Below are positions 35,601-46,883 of a stretch of DNA of 64,000 nt, piece by piece. Position numbers and translations under genes: made by a program. The notes under the pieces are model-generated. The model was given only the letters and a program-made list of their open reading frames with translations, searched no databases and was not told the DNA's origin. This stretch comes from Rhynchopus sp. YZ270_cl-10 (lineage: Eukaryota): NCBI GenBank assembly GCA_964035575.1, contig OZ037841.1, positions 1,674,001 to 1,738,000 on the forward strand, given 5' to 3'. Every line of letters starts with the position of its first letter. The stretch's first letter is position 1.

Positions 35601-36532
35601 TGAAGACCGTCTGTGTGTGGCATTTTTTTTTATTAAACAATCTCCCCCGACAGATTAGCTCGAAATTTGGTCTTTTGGCAAAATTGCAGGGGAAAAAAAC
35701 TCCCTCACCCGTTCTGGTGCAATGTGCAGAATTCTTACCTACCAAAAGTCCAATCCCAAAAAAAAAAAATTTCCGCGAGGGTCGAGTCGTTGGAAATGCT
35801 CTATTTTTTTTTAACCTTTTTTGTTTAATCTGGTTTTTTGTGTAACGATTTAGTGAGGTTCATACACTTGGTCCTTATCTAAAAAAAAAGGGTATTTATT
35901 TGATGCCCCTCTGCTGTGTGCTTAGTAAGATGTATTCATCAGGCTTTCATTCGTTCGAAAATGGATGTAGGACTGCATGATTGAGGTGCACCCAGTCATG
36001 TACCAAGGTACACTGTCAGGGCTTTGTATCTCAAAGTCGACGTTTTCTTTTTCTTTTTTCCCCCAAATGCAAAACTCTTTTAAAATTTGCATTTTTTTTT
36101 TTGTTGTTTTCTTGTACTCTATTTTTAAGATAATCTGCTTGTTAGACAAAGATAAATCTACGGCTCGAGTAGCATGACCCTGGCTGTTTCTTGTTTTTTC
36201 CAAAAAAAAAACCAAAATAAAAAACCCCAAAAATGTTTTCAAGCGAGAGACTGCTACAAGATGTTCTGTACCTCTGGCTTGTGTCAGGTCCAAACAAAAA
36301 CAAACATTCTGCTCCCGTCTTTCTCTTTTTTTCCCCCCAGCATGTATTTATTGTGTTTTTTTTTATGTGAAAGAGCAGCTTCGGAGGCAGAGTACCAGAG
36401 TAGCGCCGGAAGAGAAAATAAATGACCCCTTCTTTTCTCTCTCTTGCCCCTCTCTCTCTCTCTCTCTCTCTCTTTTCTCTGTCTATTTTCAACCACCAAA
36501 CAGTTCAACACACAGAAGTCCACAAAAAAGCT

Positions 36533-37732
36533 ATGGAAATACAGGCTGTCTTCCCCACCACAGGGCAGTCTTGCATCATCCCTGTTGACAGCGACGACAC
36601 CGTAAGCAACCTGATACGGCATGTGCACGACGCTCTCTTTGGTACCATGACATCTCCTGGTGCCGCCCCAGCGCGCCCCATCCAGCTGCACATCGACAAC
36701 GAAGAAAGAACTGCGCTAGACGACGAAGAGGAGTTGGTTGCCTCCACCGGGCTTGCCTCTGGCGGGGTCGTTCTGGCGTCTCGTGTGCACGCTGTGCTGC
36801 ATGAAGCGCGCCTGAGAGCGGGGTGCCACGGATCTTTTGTCACAGTTTCTCCATCAGGACGTCGCTGTGCGGTTCTTGCTAAGCACGGCCAGGTTGAGGT
36901 GTGGGATTTGGTGCAAGGTACGTGCACGCACCCGTCTCTCTGCTTGGGCACGCAGAGTGTCTATTCGCCGGACATCGCTGCAGTGGCGTTTGTTAGTGAG
37001 GACACGGTTGCGGTGCCGTCAAAGGAGAAAATCCTGCTTATCACACTTCCCGAAGATGGGGGGAGGGACACGAAGGTGCTGAGCATTGGACATCGTGGTG
37101 TGGTGACGCATATTGCGACGTCGGGGTGCGGCAGATACGCGGTGTCGGCCTGCTCTTACGCGCTCGCCTTGGTGTGGGACGCAGTGTCCGGTGTCGTCAC
37201 CCACAAGGTGTCCCTGCACGACCCTGCAGCGATGCTCTGCCTTTCGCCCAACGCAGGGCACTTCTGCTATGCCTCCGCCTCCGACACCACAGCGACCATC
37301 GTCAACCTGGACACTCTCGGTGCTGACACCTTCGCTGTCAAATCCGGTGGCAACAAAGTGACAAAATGCAAAGCACACATCGGGAGGGTTCTGTGCATGG
37401 ATGCTTCGAAGTGTGGTACAGTGCTCATAACTGGGGGTGATGACACCAGAGTGCACATCTGGGGCCTAGGGGAAGGGGAAGGGGAAAGGAGCGCACCGAG
37501 GGCCAGCCTCCGTGCCCATGGTGGTGCAGTGCGCAATGTGCGGTGTTCGCCATGCAGTCGTTGGGCGTTGTCGGCATCTGTGGACATGACAATGATGCGC
37601 TTCGACATAGCATCTGCAGCACCCCTGCAGACAGTAAGGCTAATGCACTGCACCTCCCTAGCGGTTTCCCCATGCTCAAGATGGCTGATATGGGTCCTCG
37701 GAAAAGATCTCTCGGTTCGTGCCTCAGCATAG
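36533..37732 (+). CDS. WD40-repeat protein with a ubiquitin-like N-terminal domain
   Basis: GHRGVVT...VWD, AHIGRV...TGGDDTRVHIWG and AHGGAVRNV...SASVD repeats. N-terminus IPVDSDDTVSNL is ubiquitin-like. Confidence 0.85.
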   Translation: MEIQAVFPTTGQSCIIPVDSDDTVSNLIRHVHDALFGTMTSPGAAPARPIQLHIDNEERTALDDEEELVASTGLASGGVVLASRVHAVLHEARLRAGCHGSFVTVSPSGRRCAVLAKHGQVEVWDLVQGTCTHPSLCLGTQSVYSPDIAAVAFVSEDTVAVPSKEKILLITLPEDGGRDTKVLSIGHRGVVTHIATSGCGRYAVSACSYALALVWDAVSGVVTHKVSLHDPAAMLCLSPNAGHFCYASASDTTATIVNLDTLGADTFAVKSGGNKVTKCKAHIGRVLCMDASKCGTVLITGGDDTRVHIWGLGEGEGERSAPRASLRAHGGAVRNVRCSPCSRWALSASVDMTMMRFDIASAAPLQTVRLMHCTSLAVSPCSRWLIWVLGKDLSVRASA

Positions 37733-38410
37733 TACATAGTGGAGGAGAAGTGTATTGATTGATCATTTGAATTTGAAATGCTCTTTAATTACGTAGTTAC
37801 GTGTGTTAGGTTGTTAGGGTTTCCTCTTGTGCAGTTTTCTCTATTTTAAACAGCTCTCTTAAGATTTAACTACTCTGGCGTATGAGAGTCTTTTCACGCA
37901 TTTGAGAGCGATTACCGGAAAAATATTATTCTGCCTTTCTCTAACACTTTGAGGTGGGGGTGAAAAGCAGTGGGTCTTCACCTATTTCCCGCCAAACTTA
38001 TTTTTTGAAATTTGAAATTTAATGTTTGCAGCAAAATACCGTTCTTTTTCATGACAACAGCTCAACAATAGGGTACCCTTTCCTCACCCTACGTTGTAAG
38101 TCTGTTATACGGTGCCTGCGTCCGCCGATGTACGGTGAGGCGTTTGCACAGCTTCTTTTATGTGCCTTCTACACTGCGAGACTCATCAGGCTTGGTCTAG
38201 AGACATGCTTGAAATATTTCAGGACACATGAGTGTATCGGGCCAAGTCTAGCTTCTGCGAACAGCCACCTTCCAAGTTCACATCCCCATGTGGTTTTTCG
38301 CGTTCCTATAGTGCTTGGCCAGGAGGTGGTGTCATGTCTTCTGCGTCCTGTCTTGGCAGTTTTGTGTTTCCCTCTGTGAGTTAATAAGAGAAACGTCCAA
38401 TCAAAATCCA

Positions 38411-38467
38411 CCTGATTTTGCCTGGAAATTTGGTGGAGTTTGGTACCAAACTCCACCAAAATTTCTG

Positions 38468-38501
<34 letters not shown>

Positions 38502-38503
38502 GG
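38411..38503. repeat. Palindromic element with a 32-bp perfect core
   Basis: TTTGGTGGAGTTTGGTACCAAACTCCACCAAA at 38429-38460 with outer CCTGATTTT/AAAATCAGG arms; a related degenerate copy lies at about 20920-21011. Confidence 0.75.
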
Positions 38504-39465
38504 CAAAAAATAATGAATCAGAACACTAAAAACCGCATCAACTTTAACAGCATCCTCTGTATTTTGCGCTTCCGCAGTCTCAGAAATGAGAGGTGCGCAG
38601 CGCTGTTTCATTTTGTTTACCAAGGTGCACTGTCACGAGAGGGCTTTGTATTTCAAGTAAATTTTGTTTTGCAGTGCTCTGCGTCCGCCGATGAAACGGT
38701 GAGGCGTTGGCACTTTTGTTTATTACTTTCTTCGTTACCATTAAGATGACGCAGCAGAGAGGCTGAGGATCATCTGGCATACTTCCACCCCCGAGCGGTC
38801 GTGAACCACCTCCGTTCTCTTACGGTATGGACCACTCACATCCCACCCTTTGCATGAGCACGACCGAGCTGCGTTTTTAGCACGTTTCAGTTACGCTTTT
38901 TTCTTTTTTTTTTTTTTTTTTTTTTGCGTGCATCCAAGAGGTGTCTGTACGTTATTAAATCCACCTTTTTTGTTTTGTGGCTGGTCGTAGGAACACTTTG
39001 ATATGTGTCCTTTCTAAGCGGATCAGCGCCATTCTACCTTTTTTTTTTGCTTTTATAGCAACACACAGCGTAGGCGCGCACACCAACTCCAAAAAAGGGG
39101 GATGATTTTTTATTGCTTTTTTCTTCTGTGTCGCCCCCATTCTCCACCCATTTCCCCCCCTCAAAACATTCCTTCATAATAGGCAATTATTACAACACAG
39201 CCACCACTACTCCCCACCCTTTTGCTCCACAGCTTTACAGGGGAACACTTTACACATTACAACACTTTCTGGGGGTATTTATAGCGATTTTCTTTGAAGC
39301 ATTGGATGATGATTTTTAGTGTTTTTACCTAATTTCTGCAACAGATAGTCTATCATAACCCAGTTGTCTTGACTCACCTTGAGCGGAGAGAGCGCAACTA
39401 GAGAAGCATCTTGTATGGCTCTCATTTGAGCGATATTTTTTCCCCTCCAGATTAACACCAGAGAT

Positions 39466-39930
39466 ATGAATCGCGCTGCACAGAGGACGATACGGAGACC
39501 TGAGACAACCCTTTTCGGGGACGAGAACATCGTCACATCGCCCCAACCTATGTCTTCTCTCCATACGGCCACACCACAGAACGTTCCGGGCAATGCGACA
39601 ACAGTACTGTGGTACCGCCGGGCAGCGGTGCTGCTGCTGATATGCCTTGTGGTGGTGGGTGTTGTGGGAGCTGTGGAGCACACAGCAGGCGGAGGAGGTG
39701 ACGCGGATAGGGGTCAGGAAGGTGGAGGGGATGCAGCCTGGCTGTGGCCACTGCTGCCTGCCCTGCGTGCGTGCTGTGCGCTCCTCTATGCCTCTGCAGG
39801 CCTAGGCCTCCTCCTCCATGCATGCAATGCGAATATGTCCGGATGGGGTCTCCTCCTTCCACCTCTCCTCTTACTCCCACTCATTGTTCCCCGGATCATC
39901 GAGAGTGCTGCGATTTTGGCGATGAAATGA
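39466..39930 (+). CDS. Small hypothetical membrane protein (154 aa)
   Basis: GC-rich ATG-initiated ORF with 3 hydrophobic segments, standing out from AT-rich flanks. Confidence 0.5.
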   Translation: MNRAAQRTIRRPETTLFGDENIVTSPQPMSSLHTATPQNVPGNATTVLWYRRAAVLLLICLVVVGVVGAVEHTAGGGGDADRGQEGGGDAAWLWPLLPALRACCALLYASAGLGLLLHACNANMSGWGLLLPPLLLLPLIVPRIIESAAILAMK

Positions 39931-40120
39931 GGGGTTTTTTATAGGATGTGTTGTGGGGCTTTAAAAATGTAGAGAATTTAGTGGAAAAAAATCCCTTTTT
40001 TATACATCTGGTTATGATTTGCAATAGAATACACTATCAGAGCATATACACACCACCCCCCCTTTCGCCCATGACCATACCACTGCGAACCGATAGCTGT
40101 TAGACACACCCCATTCCACA

Positions 40121-42323
40121 ATGAAGTTCGAAGTTGCCATCATTGTGTGCGGCTACTCGCAGGCGGCGGATGTTGCGGTGAAGACGTCTGAGGTATTGCC
40201 TCCACCCTCCTCCCCAGTGGTCCCCCCATGGCTGCGCAATTGAAACACTAAGCCATATTCTTCTCTTCTCTTCTCTATCTTCCGCTCAGCACACACAGGC
40301 TTCACATCACCCCTCATCATCCTCATGCTCATGCTCATCCCCACCTCTCCCTACAGCTCGTCTCCGTCGCGAGCGCTTTCTTCCAGCGCCATGGTGTGCA
40401 GACCACACCGCACATCCTTGCAGACGACGGCCTGCACGACACACCCACACACGACGCCGTGCTGCACACCCTCCGTAGGGTGCTCGGCAGCGACGGCACA
40501 CCGACCACAAGCTTCGTTGTCCTGGTGGGGTGCGGCGGCGAACGTCCACGCAGCTTCCTCCCCAGCGACTATGCCGCGCACGGAGGCGTCCCCTGCGACG
40601 CGATCGACGCGCTCTGCGCAGGCCTGCCCAGTATGCACAAAGTGGTCCTCATCACAGACCTGCTGGGAGGAGGTGCCATCACCACCCTTCCACACACCCT
40701 CTGCGCTGACAAAGACCCCTCAACAGGCGTCATGCTGCTTCGTATGGAGGACGCACCCAGTAGCAGTGCACGGTACGCAGCTGACGTTGTCGAGGTTGCA
40801 ACGTCGCGTGGGACGGCGCTTCCGATGCATGCTGGAGGGCTTCTTGCGGCGTTGGTAGCGGTGATCAATATGTATGCGGTTTTTTCTTAATTCGGCCCAG
40901 GATCCGAAAATACCACAGATTTATCAAAACATAATACACCAACAGGAACACCCTCCCCGAACGCCAGCAGCTCCTCGCCGACGTATGGCATGTCACCAGC
41001 AGTACTCTCTCCGGCAACGGCCCGCTCCCCCGCCTCTCTGCCTCACGCCCCTTCTCTGCAGGTGATACCTTTGCACCCTTCGTCGACGCTCCCACTTCCG
41101 CTCCAGCTTCACAGCCTTCACAACCGTTGCCGTCCGCTCTGGGTTCTTACCCTTCTCCGTCAGCACCGCACACCTCTGTCGCAAAACCGCCTTCTTCAGC
41201 GATACATCAGCCCAGTACACAGCATTCGGTAGCGATGTCTGCTCGACTGCATCCGAGCGCTGCAGCGACAGAGCAGAGTGCGTTAGGCAGCGTGCAGGAG
41301 GCTATGCAGTACCGCAGTGCCACAACAGCAGCGGGGACGGGAGGGGAGTACCCGGTGGTCACCGATGTGCTGCCTCCGTCCCCTTCAGAGCCATCTCCTC
41401 CGTCTGCCCAGACGCAATCCCCTCGAGGGGAGTACATCCCGCTTACAGCAGCCCCCGTCCCCAACGAAATCCTCTCCGCCCTGCAAGGCATGTGGCTCAC
41501 CTCCACCGAAACCTCTGCAGTCATTCAAGGCCACCGCGTCTATTTCCCTGCCACCCAAGATTCTTACACCCTCACCTATGAAAACGGCAATGTCGTTCTC
41601 TCCGGCAGCCTTCTGTTAGGACACCCTGTAGGGACTCCGGTACGTCTGGTCTGGGATGACGGTGACGTATGGGCAAGAGAAGGGTGTGCCATCCCGACGC
41701 TGAGAGGGGGGCATAGTGTGACGGCAGGAAGCTTCCACTCCCCGCCTCCGGTAGGGAGGGATGATGGGGTGGGGCACGTCAAACGGCCGAATCGGACGGC
41801 AGCGAACCCTGTATTGAGGAATATGGTGCTGCAGATGTTGCAGGCGCGGGCCAGGCGGGAGCTGCTTCGAATTGGGTACACAAAGCTGTCACTTTACGTT
41901 CTATTGGCAAGGCAGTATCGGAGGATTGTCGCGATTTCCAGCGCGTTGCAGGTGGCCTCCACGGGAGTGGTGTGCGGTGTGTTTTATAGGAAGTGGCGTA
42001 TGTGGGTCGTGCTTCGCAGGCCAACCGCCTTACAGTATAACTTCAGAACGGTGCGGGCAAAGCCCACAGCAGACCCCAGCAGGGTCGCGGTGTGGGTGAA
42101 GAAGGCATTGCAAGCGCGTCTCCAAGGTGAGCCTGCTTCTGCTGTTTATGAAGCGCTTCGCGGTGTGCCCTCGGAAGAGACGTGGTCTGCAGTGCAGGAG
42201 TCGTATGAAACGCAGTTCGGCGCGTCGCTGCTTCTCGCATTGAGTACACTGCTCCTGCCGCAAGAGGCGCAACAGTGTGCTGCGGTGCTTGCGTCTGCGG
42301 GGGTGACGTTTAATCCTTTGTAG
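40121..42323 (+). CDS. Pseudo-metacaspase (peptidase C14-like fold) fused to a Pro/Ser linker, a WDDGDVW domain and a C-terminal annexin-like segment; exons 40121-40192, 40357-40871, 40946-42323
   Basis: Two GT-AG introns join the exons in frame. Motif order follows type I metacaspases (VAIIVCGY; ILADD...PT; FVVLVGCG; LPSDY..G; LP...VVLITD; PRLSASRPF). Confidence 0.72.
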
Positions 42324-42781
42324 AAAGGGTGCGATGTTTTGAAGAAAGGTGCTGTCAAGGTGTCGGGTGTTAGGTTAAAACAAAAGACTGCCTTTACGAT
42401 GGAAGGTGCTAATATAGGCTTGGGATGTAGGGTTTGCCTCAAGTCAGTGAAATCGTATGAGAGTGAGAGAAGGCTGATCTGGTGCTTTAGCTATAAACGG
42501 ATTTATCAGGCAAGGTGAAAAAATTAAGGAGTTCAAGGTTTACCTTTTTCTCTTTGTTTTTTTGTCAAAAAAGGTGGGTGCTTGGGGCTGAAGGTTCCTA
42601 AAAAGAAAAGAATAAATGAAATATCCTGAGGGAAACGATATTGAGGACCGAAAGGAAGCGAGGGTGGTTTGTGAGGAGACTGACTTCAACAAATAACGAA
42701 TTTTTTTTAGGAGAGAGAGAGGGATGCGTGTACTGCTTTTGTGTTGTTAGATTTATTTTGTATTTATTTTTGTCTTTTTTT

Positions 42782-43410
42782 ACACCTCGTCCCGAGTTTT
42801 TGTCCGAGAATGCGATTACTAATTAGTTACTCCACTAAATAAATCGAGCAAAAATATGGTGAACTCACGGAGCCCGGTTTTAAAAGTGCCAAAAACGACC
42901 TTTTCGTTTTGGCGCGTTGTGAGTTCCTCAAATGCAATTTTCAAGGGTAAAAAATTCGGGTTTTCTAAGCACATGCAGTGCTAAGTTAAAAAAAATTGCG
43001 AAAAAAAAATACAAAAATTTTGTGTTGGAAGCTCGGAACCCAGAAACGTCCAATGGTGAAGTTTTTTTCTGGTTTCGTTGCACCCTGTATTTTTACTTAA
43101 AAATCAAGACAAAGTGATTTTTACCTGGATTTTTGCCTGTATTTTACTAGGGATTTTCCCTTAGTAAAATACAGGGGAATTATCTAACACCTCGTCCCGA
43201 GTTTTTGTCCGAGAATGCGATTACTAATTAGTTACTCCACTAAATAAATCGAGCAAAAATATGGTGAACTCAGCGGAGCCCGGTTTTAAAAGTGCCAAAA
43301 ACGACCTTTTCGTTTTGGCGCGTTGTGAGTTCCTCAAATGCAATTTTCAAGGGTAAAAAATTCGGGTTTTCTAAGCACATGCAGTGCTAAGTTAAAAAAA
43401 ATTGCGAAAA
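42782..43410. repeat. Direct duplication of about 224 bp (42782-43005 and 43187-43410)
   Basis: Near-identical copies; one 1-nt indel seen. Confidence 0.92.
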
Positions 43411-43899
43411 ATTGCAAGATTACATGTTGCCATTTTTGCGGTCATAATATTTTTGCAAATGGCAAAGGCAATTCCTTAAGGAATTACAGGGAAAACCACC
43501 GTTTTGGGTCTCTCTGCCTATGGGCGATTGGGTTTTAGTCACTCAACGAATCTGCTCGAATTTTTTTGTGTGTAGATAGGTTTTGCCAGAAAAATCAATT
43601 AAAGCAAGAATTTTGCGGTTTTGAATAGTTGTTCTTTATTTAAAAAAATACCCAGTTTGGACAAAAACTCAGGACCAAGTGTTATTGTTCTGTCACACCC
43701 CTCTCCCCACCACTCACCTTCGAGAGGAGGGAAGTGGAAGGAGGGAGGGTCACTATTTGAACCAGAATCAAAACGCTTTTCAAAAAAGATAAAAATTGTT
43801 TTTTTTTTGTATTCTTTTTTTACCTCAAAAAAAAGGATTCCTGTACTCCTTTGTAGAAAGAGATGGGTCCTATCTGAAGCCACCCTTCCCCCCACATAC

Positions 43900-44490
43900 C
43901 TTTGCTTTTGGCCCGCACCGCGTTAAGCCAGATGTGTTTCCACAATAATTTGCATTTCCTTAGACCATTCGGTGTTCCCACCACATCAGCTTCCCTTTCG
44001 TCTCTTCTCCGCATCGGCAGCTTGAACCAGCTGGTTGATGACACTGTGAGCACCTCTGTAGCTCCCGGCGGTATCCGGAAGCACTCAAAGACCCCATGTG
44101 AAGTGGGCACTTCGTTCACTTCAGTAAGCCAAGGAAGCGCGCGACACACTGTTCGTCCTCCGCAACATCGCGCGTCGAGTCCGCGCTAAACGCCCAATAC
44201 GGGCACTCCTTCACCCTGCCTTCCTCTCTTTTGAGCTTCGTGCACAGGGTCTCCCCCATGCGGGCCAACAGCTCGCAGAGCGACATCTTCTTCGCGTACG
44301 AGACGTCCTTTTGAAGAAACGACAAGAAGGCGTCCCTATGTGCGTGTGCCCTTGCTTATTTGCAGCGGGGGTCACAGTCGCGTGCAGCTGGTTGTGCTTA
44401 ACAGCAAAATAAAGATACGAAAGAATCTTCATGCCGATTACACCTGGATGCGGTTCGACGAAGAGCAGAGGATAATTCTGACAGTAATTT
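43900..44490 (-). pseudogene. Degenerate hAT-like (ZNF862/ZMYM-type) transposase fragment
   Basis: Frameshifted pieces LYFAVKHN..., CPYWAFSADSTRDVAEDEQCVARFLGL and VVGTPNGL resemble the hAT FS...DESTD...EQ...RF region. Confidence 0.55.
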
Positions 44491-44594
44491 TCTTCCATAC
44501 CACACCCCAAAAACTCAAACCCGAAACACCCCCCACCCCCAAACCCACAGGGCAGTGTTTTTTTTTTTTTTACCCCGAGGGGGTAGGGCGCACA

Positions 44595-46883
44595 ATGCAC
44601 TGCCGCGTTGCTCTGCTTCTTTTGTTCTTGGCTGTGGGTTCTGCATGGGACCCTCCAACAGAGCTGCCTTGCGGGTGGCCCTTGGTGACGGTTGTGAAGT
44701 TCGCTGACAAGGACACCTTTGAGCTGCCGCAGCCACCCGCCACGGCAGTAACGTTTGGCGGTGCACTGCAGATTGAGTGCGATGTGTTCCTCAACGCGTA
44801 CACCAAGAACGCACGCATGGTGGAGTTCTCGAACGCTCGCGAATTGGACGTTCTCTTTCTCGGCCAAGTCGGTGGTGGGCTGATGTATCTCGCAGCCGCA
44901 CAAACGCAGCTCAAAACCGCTGTCATCGACCCAACACCGGCCCCGCTGCAGCAATCATTTCACGTCAAAATCATCATTTCCCCCGTAGATGCGGCCAACT
45001 CCAACTTCACTCTGTACATCGACGGTGCCTTTCGACAGCATGGCGTCAGTGAGACCTCTCTGTACACCGAAAGGAGGAACATTTTGGTGCACAACAGTGT
45101 GTACAATGTGCCGCCTACGGATGGGACAGTGACACAGTTTGAGATGAAGATGTGTGCTTTGGCCGCGCCGACCGCTGCACCTGATACGGCTGCACCTCCT
45201 ACAGCAGAGCCTACAGCGGCGCCGCCAACTGCCGAGCCCACGCCTGCTCCAGACACGTTGCCACCAGCAACGTTTGCTCCAGACACACTGCCGCCGGCAA
45301 CGGACATACCACAGACAGTTGCGCCTAATACGTCTGCGCCAGCGACGGAGATCCCCGCAACTCTTGTGCCGGAAACATTGCCCCCAAAGACGCCAGCACC
45401 GCAAACATCTTCGCCTCCTACATCTGCACCAACAACATCCTCTCCAAGGACAGAGACACCAGAAACATTTGTGCCAGAAACAGGCGTGCCGCTGACCTTT
45501 ATCGAAGTGACCTCAGCACCCCATATTGCCGAGGAGGTGCTGCAGCAGTCAGACGCAGTGCTGACGACTGCTGCAGGGGGCGCTGTGGCGGGGTTGGTGG
45601 GGACTGCGGTGCTGGGTGGGTCTACGCTGTCTGTGAACGGTGTGTCGCGCATGGCGAGGGCACAGCTCTATTTGGAGATGCTGGAGTGCCCGAGGGGAGG
45701 GGTCGCTACGGTGCCTGTGGTGATGAGCCCGTCGCAGTTGCGTCTCGGGCGGGATGTGCTGCGCGAGCAACGAGGTGCGGTGGTCGGCAACGTTGCCACG
45801 GTGGCGGCCCTCTGCACCCTGCTGCTTGCTGCTGCCGCCCTCCACCACCGCACGCACGGCACCCCCAGCATACGCGCCTCGCTCTCCTCCATGCCCGTCC
45901 CCATCGCCTGCCTCCTCCTCGAACTCCTCTGGACCCCCACCACTGCCGGCGCCACCATGCTCCTCCTCCACAGCACCTACAACACCGACGTTGCCCTCGG
46001 CGCTTTCGCCCTGCTTCTTTGCGCCGCGGTCCTGGTTTGGCTGCTCCGACTTACCTGGGCCGCGAAAAAGCAATACAGCACCACACGGATTCCACCACGC
46101 CACCGATGGGATGCACTCCTTAGCGCACGATGGGAGTGGCGCCTTCGTGACAGTGCAGACCACCACATCAGCTATGCCGCGTGTGTATTTGATGGGTACA
46201 GAAAAGAGCATGCGGGGTACTTTGTGGTGCAGTTGGTGTTCACCGGGACGGTCGGGGTGCTGGCTGGGTGGAACCCTGGGGATACCATAACCTGCGCAGG
46301 GCGTGCCGGGCTGATGACGTCGCTTCCGCTGCTCTGGGCAGCCATCCTCCTCAAGGACCGCCCCTTCAGCAGAAGGCTGCTCTGCATAGCCGAGGTGCTG
46401 CTTGCGCTGCTTGAATTCTCCTTTGCGGCAGTCGCGTTTGCTGGGGTCTCGCAAAGCGACGCAGACCTGCTCGATGTCGGGGTGGTTCTCGGCTCCTGGG
46501 TAGGGTACGCTGCGGTACTGAAATTCCTTATCGACCTTGCTCTCTTTTCACGCGACTACTTCTTAAAGGCCGACCAAAAAGAGGTAGAACCCAACCCGGA
46601 CAATACAGTTAATTTTGAGTCCTTGCTGTTGCCGAATGATGTGTGTGGCGTGCAGGCATGGGGTAATGTATCTGTGTTGGCAAGCCATGAGGACAAAGAC
46701 AAAGAAATCCAGCGGCTCAAAACATTGCTTTCGGTTGAGAGAGAGGAGCTTGCGCTGCTCAAGGCTGAGGCAGGGCGTGGTGCAGAGTGGACCACAGACG
46801 CCAGAGACATTGAAATACAACGCCTCCAGCGCTTCGTAAAACAGCTCAAGGAAATGCTCAACAGCAATCTCATAGAAGTGTGA
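44595..46883 (+). CDS. Surface protein: signal peptide, ConA/LamG-like domain, Pro/Thr stalk, multi-pass TM domain (paralog 1)
   Basis: Signal MHCRVALLLLFLAVGSA; a domain bounded by LPCGW...MCA; APT-rich stalk; about 7-8 hydrophobic helices; coiled-coil-like tail. Confidence 0.85.
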   Translation: MHCRVALLLLFLAVGSAWDPPTELPCGWPLVTVVKFADKDTFELPQPPATAVTFGGALQIECDVFLNAYTKNARMVEFSNARELDVLFLGQVGGGLMYLAAAQTQLKTAVIDPTPAPLQQSFHVKIIISPVDAANSNFTLYIDGAFRQHGVSETSLYTERRNILVHNSVYNVPPTDGTVTQFEMKMCALAAPTAAPDTAAPPTAEPTAAPPTAEPTPAPDTLPPATFAPDTLPPATDIPQTVAPNTSAPATEIPATLVPETLPPKTPAPQTSSPPTSAPTTSSPRTETPETFVPETGVPLTFIEVTSAPHIAEEVLQQSDAVLTTAAGGAVAGLVGTAVLGGSTLSVNGVSRMARAQLYLEMLECPRGGVATVPVVMSPSQLRLGRDVLREQRGAVVGNVATVAALCTLLLAAAALHHRTHGTPSIRASLSSMPVPIACLLLELLWTPTTAGATMLLLHSTYNTDVALGAFALLLCAAVLVWLLRLTWAAKKQYSTTRIPPRHRWDALLSARWEWRLRDSADHHISYAACVFDGYRKEHAGYFVVQLVFTGTVGVLAGWNPGDTITCAGRAGLMTSLPLLWAAILLKDRPFSRRLLCIAEVLLALLEFSFAAVAFAGVSQSDADLLDVGVVLGSWVGYAAVLKFLIDLALFSRDYFLKADQKEVEPNPDNTVNFESLLLPNDVCGVQAWGNVSVLASHEDKDKEIQRLKTLLSVEREELALLKAEAGRGAEWTTDARDIEIQRLQRFVKQLKEMLNSNLIEV

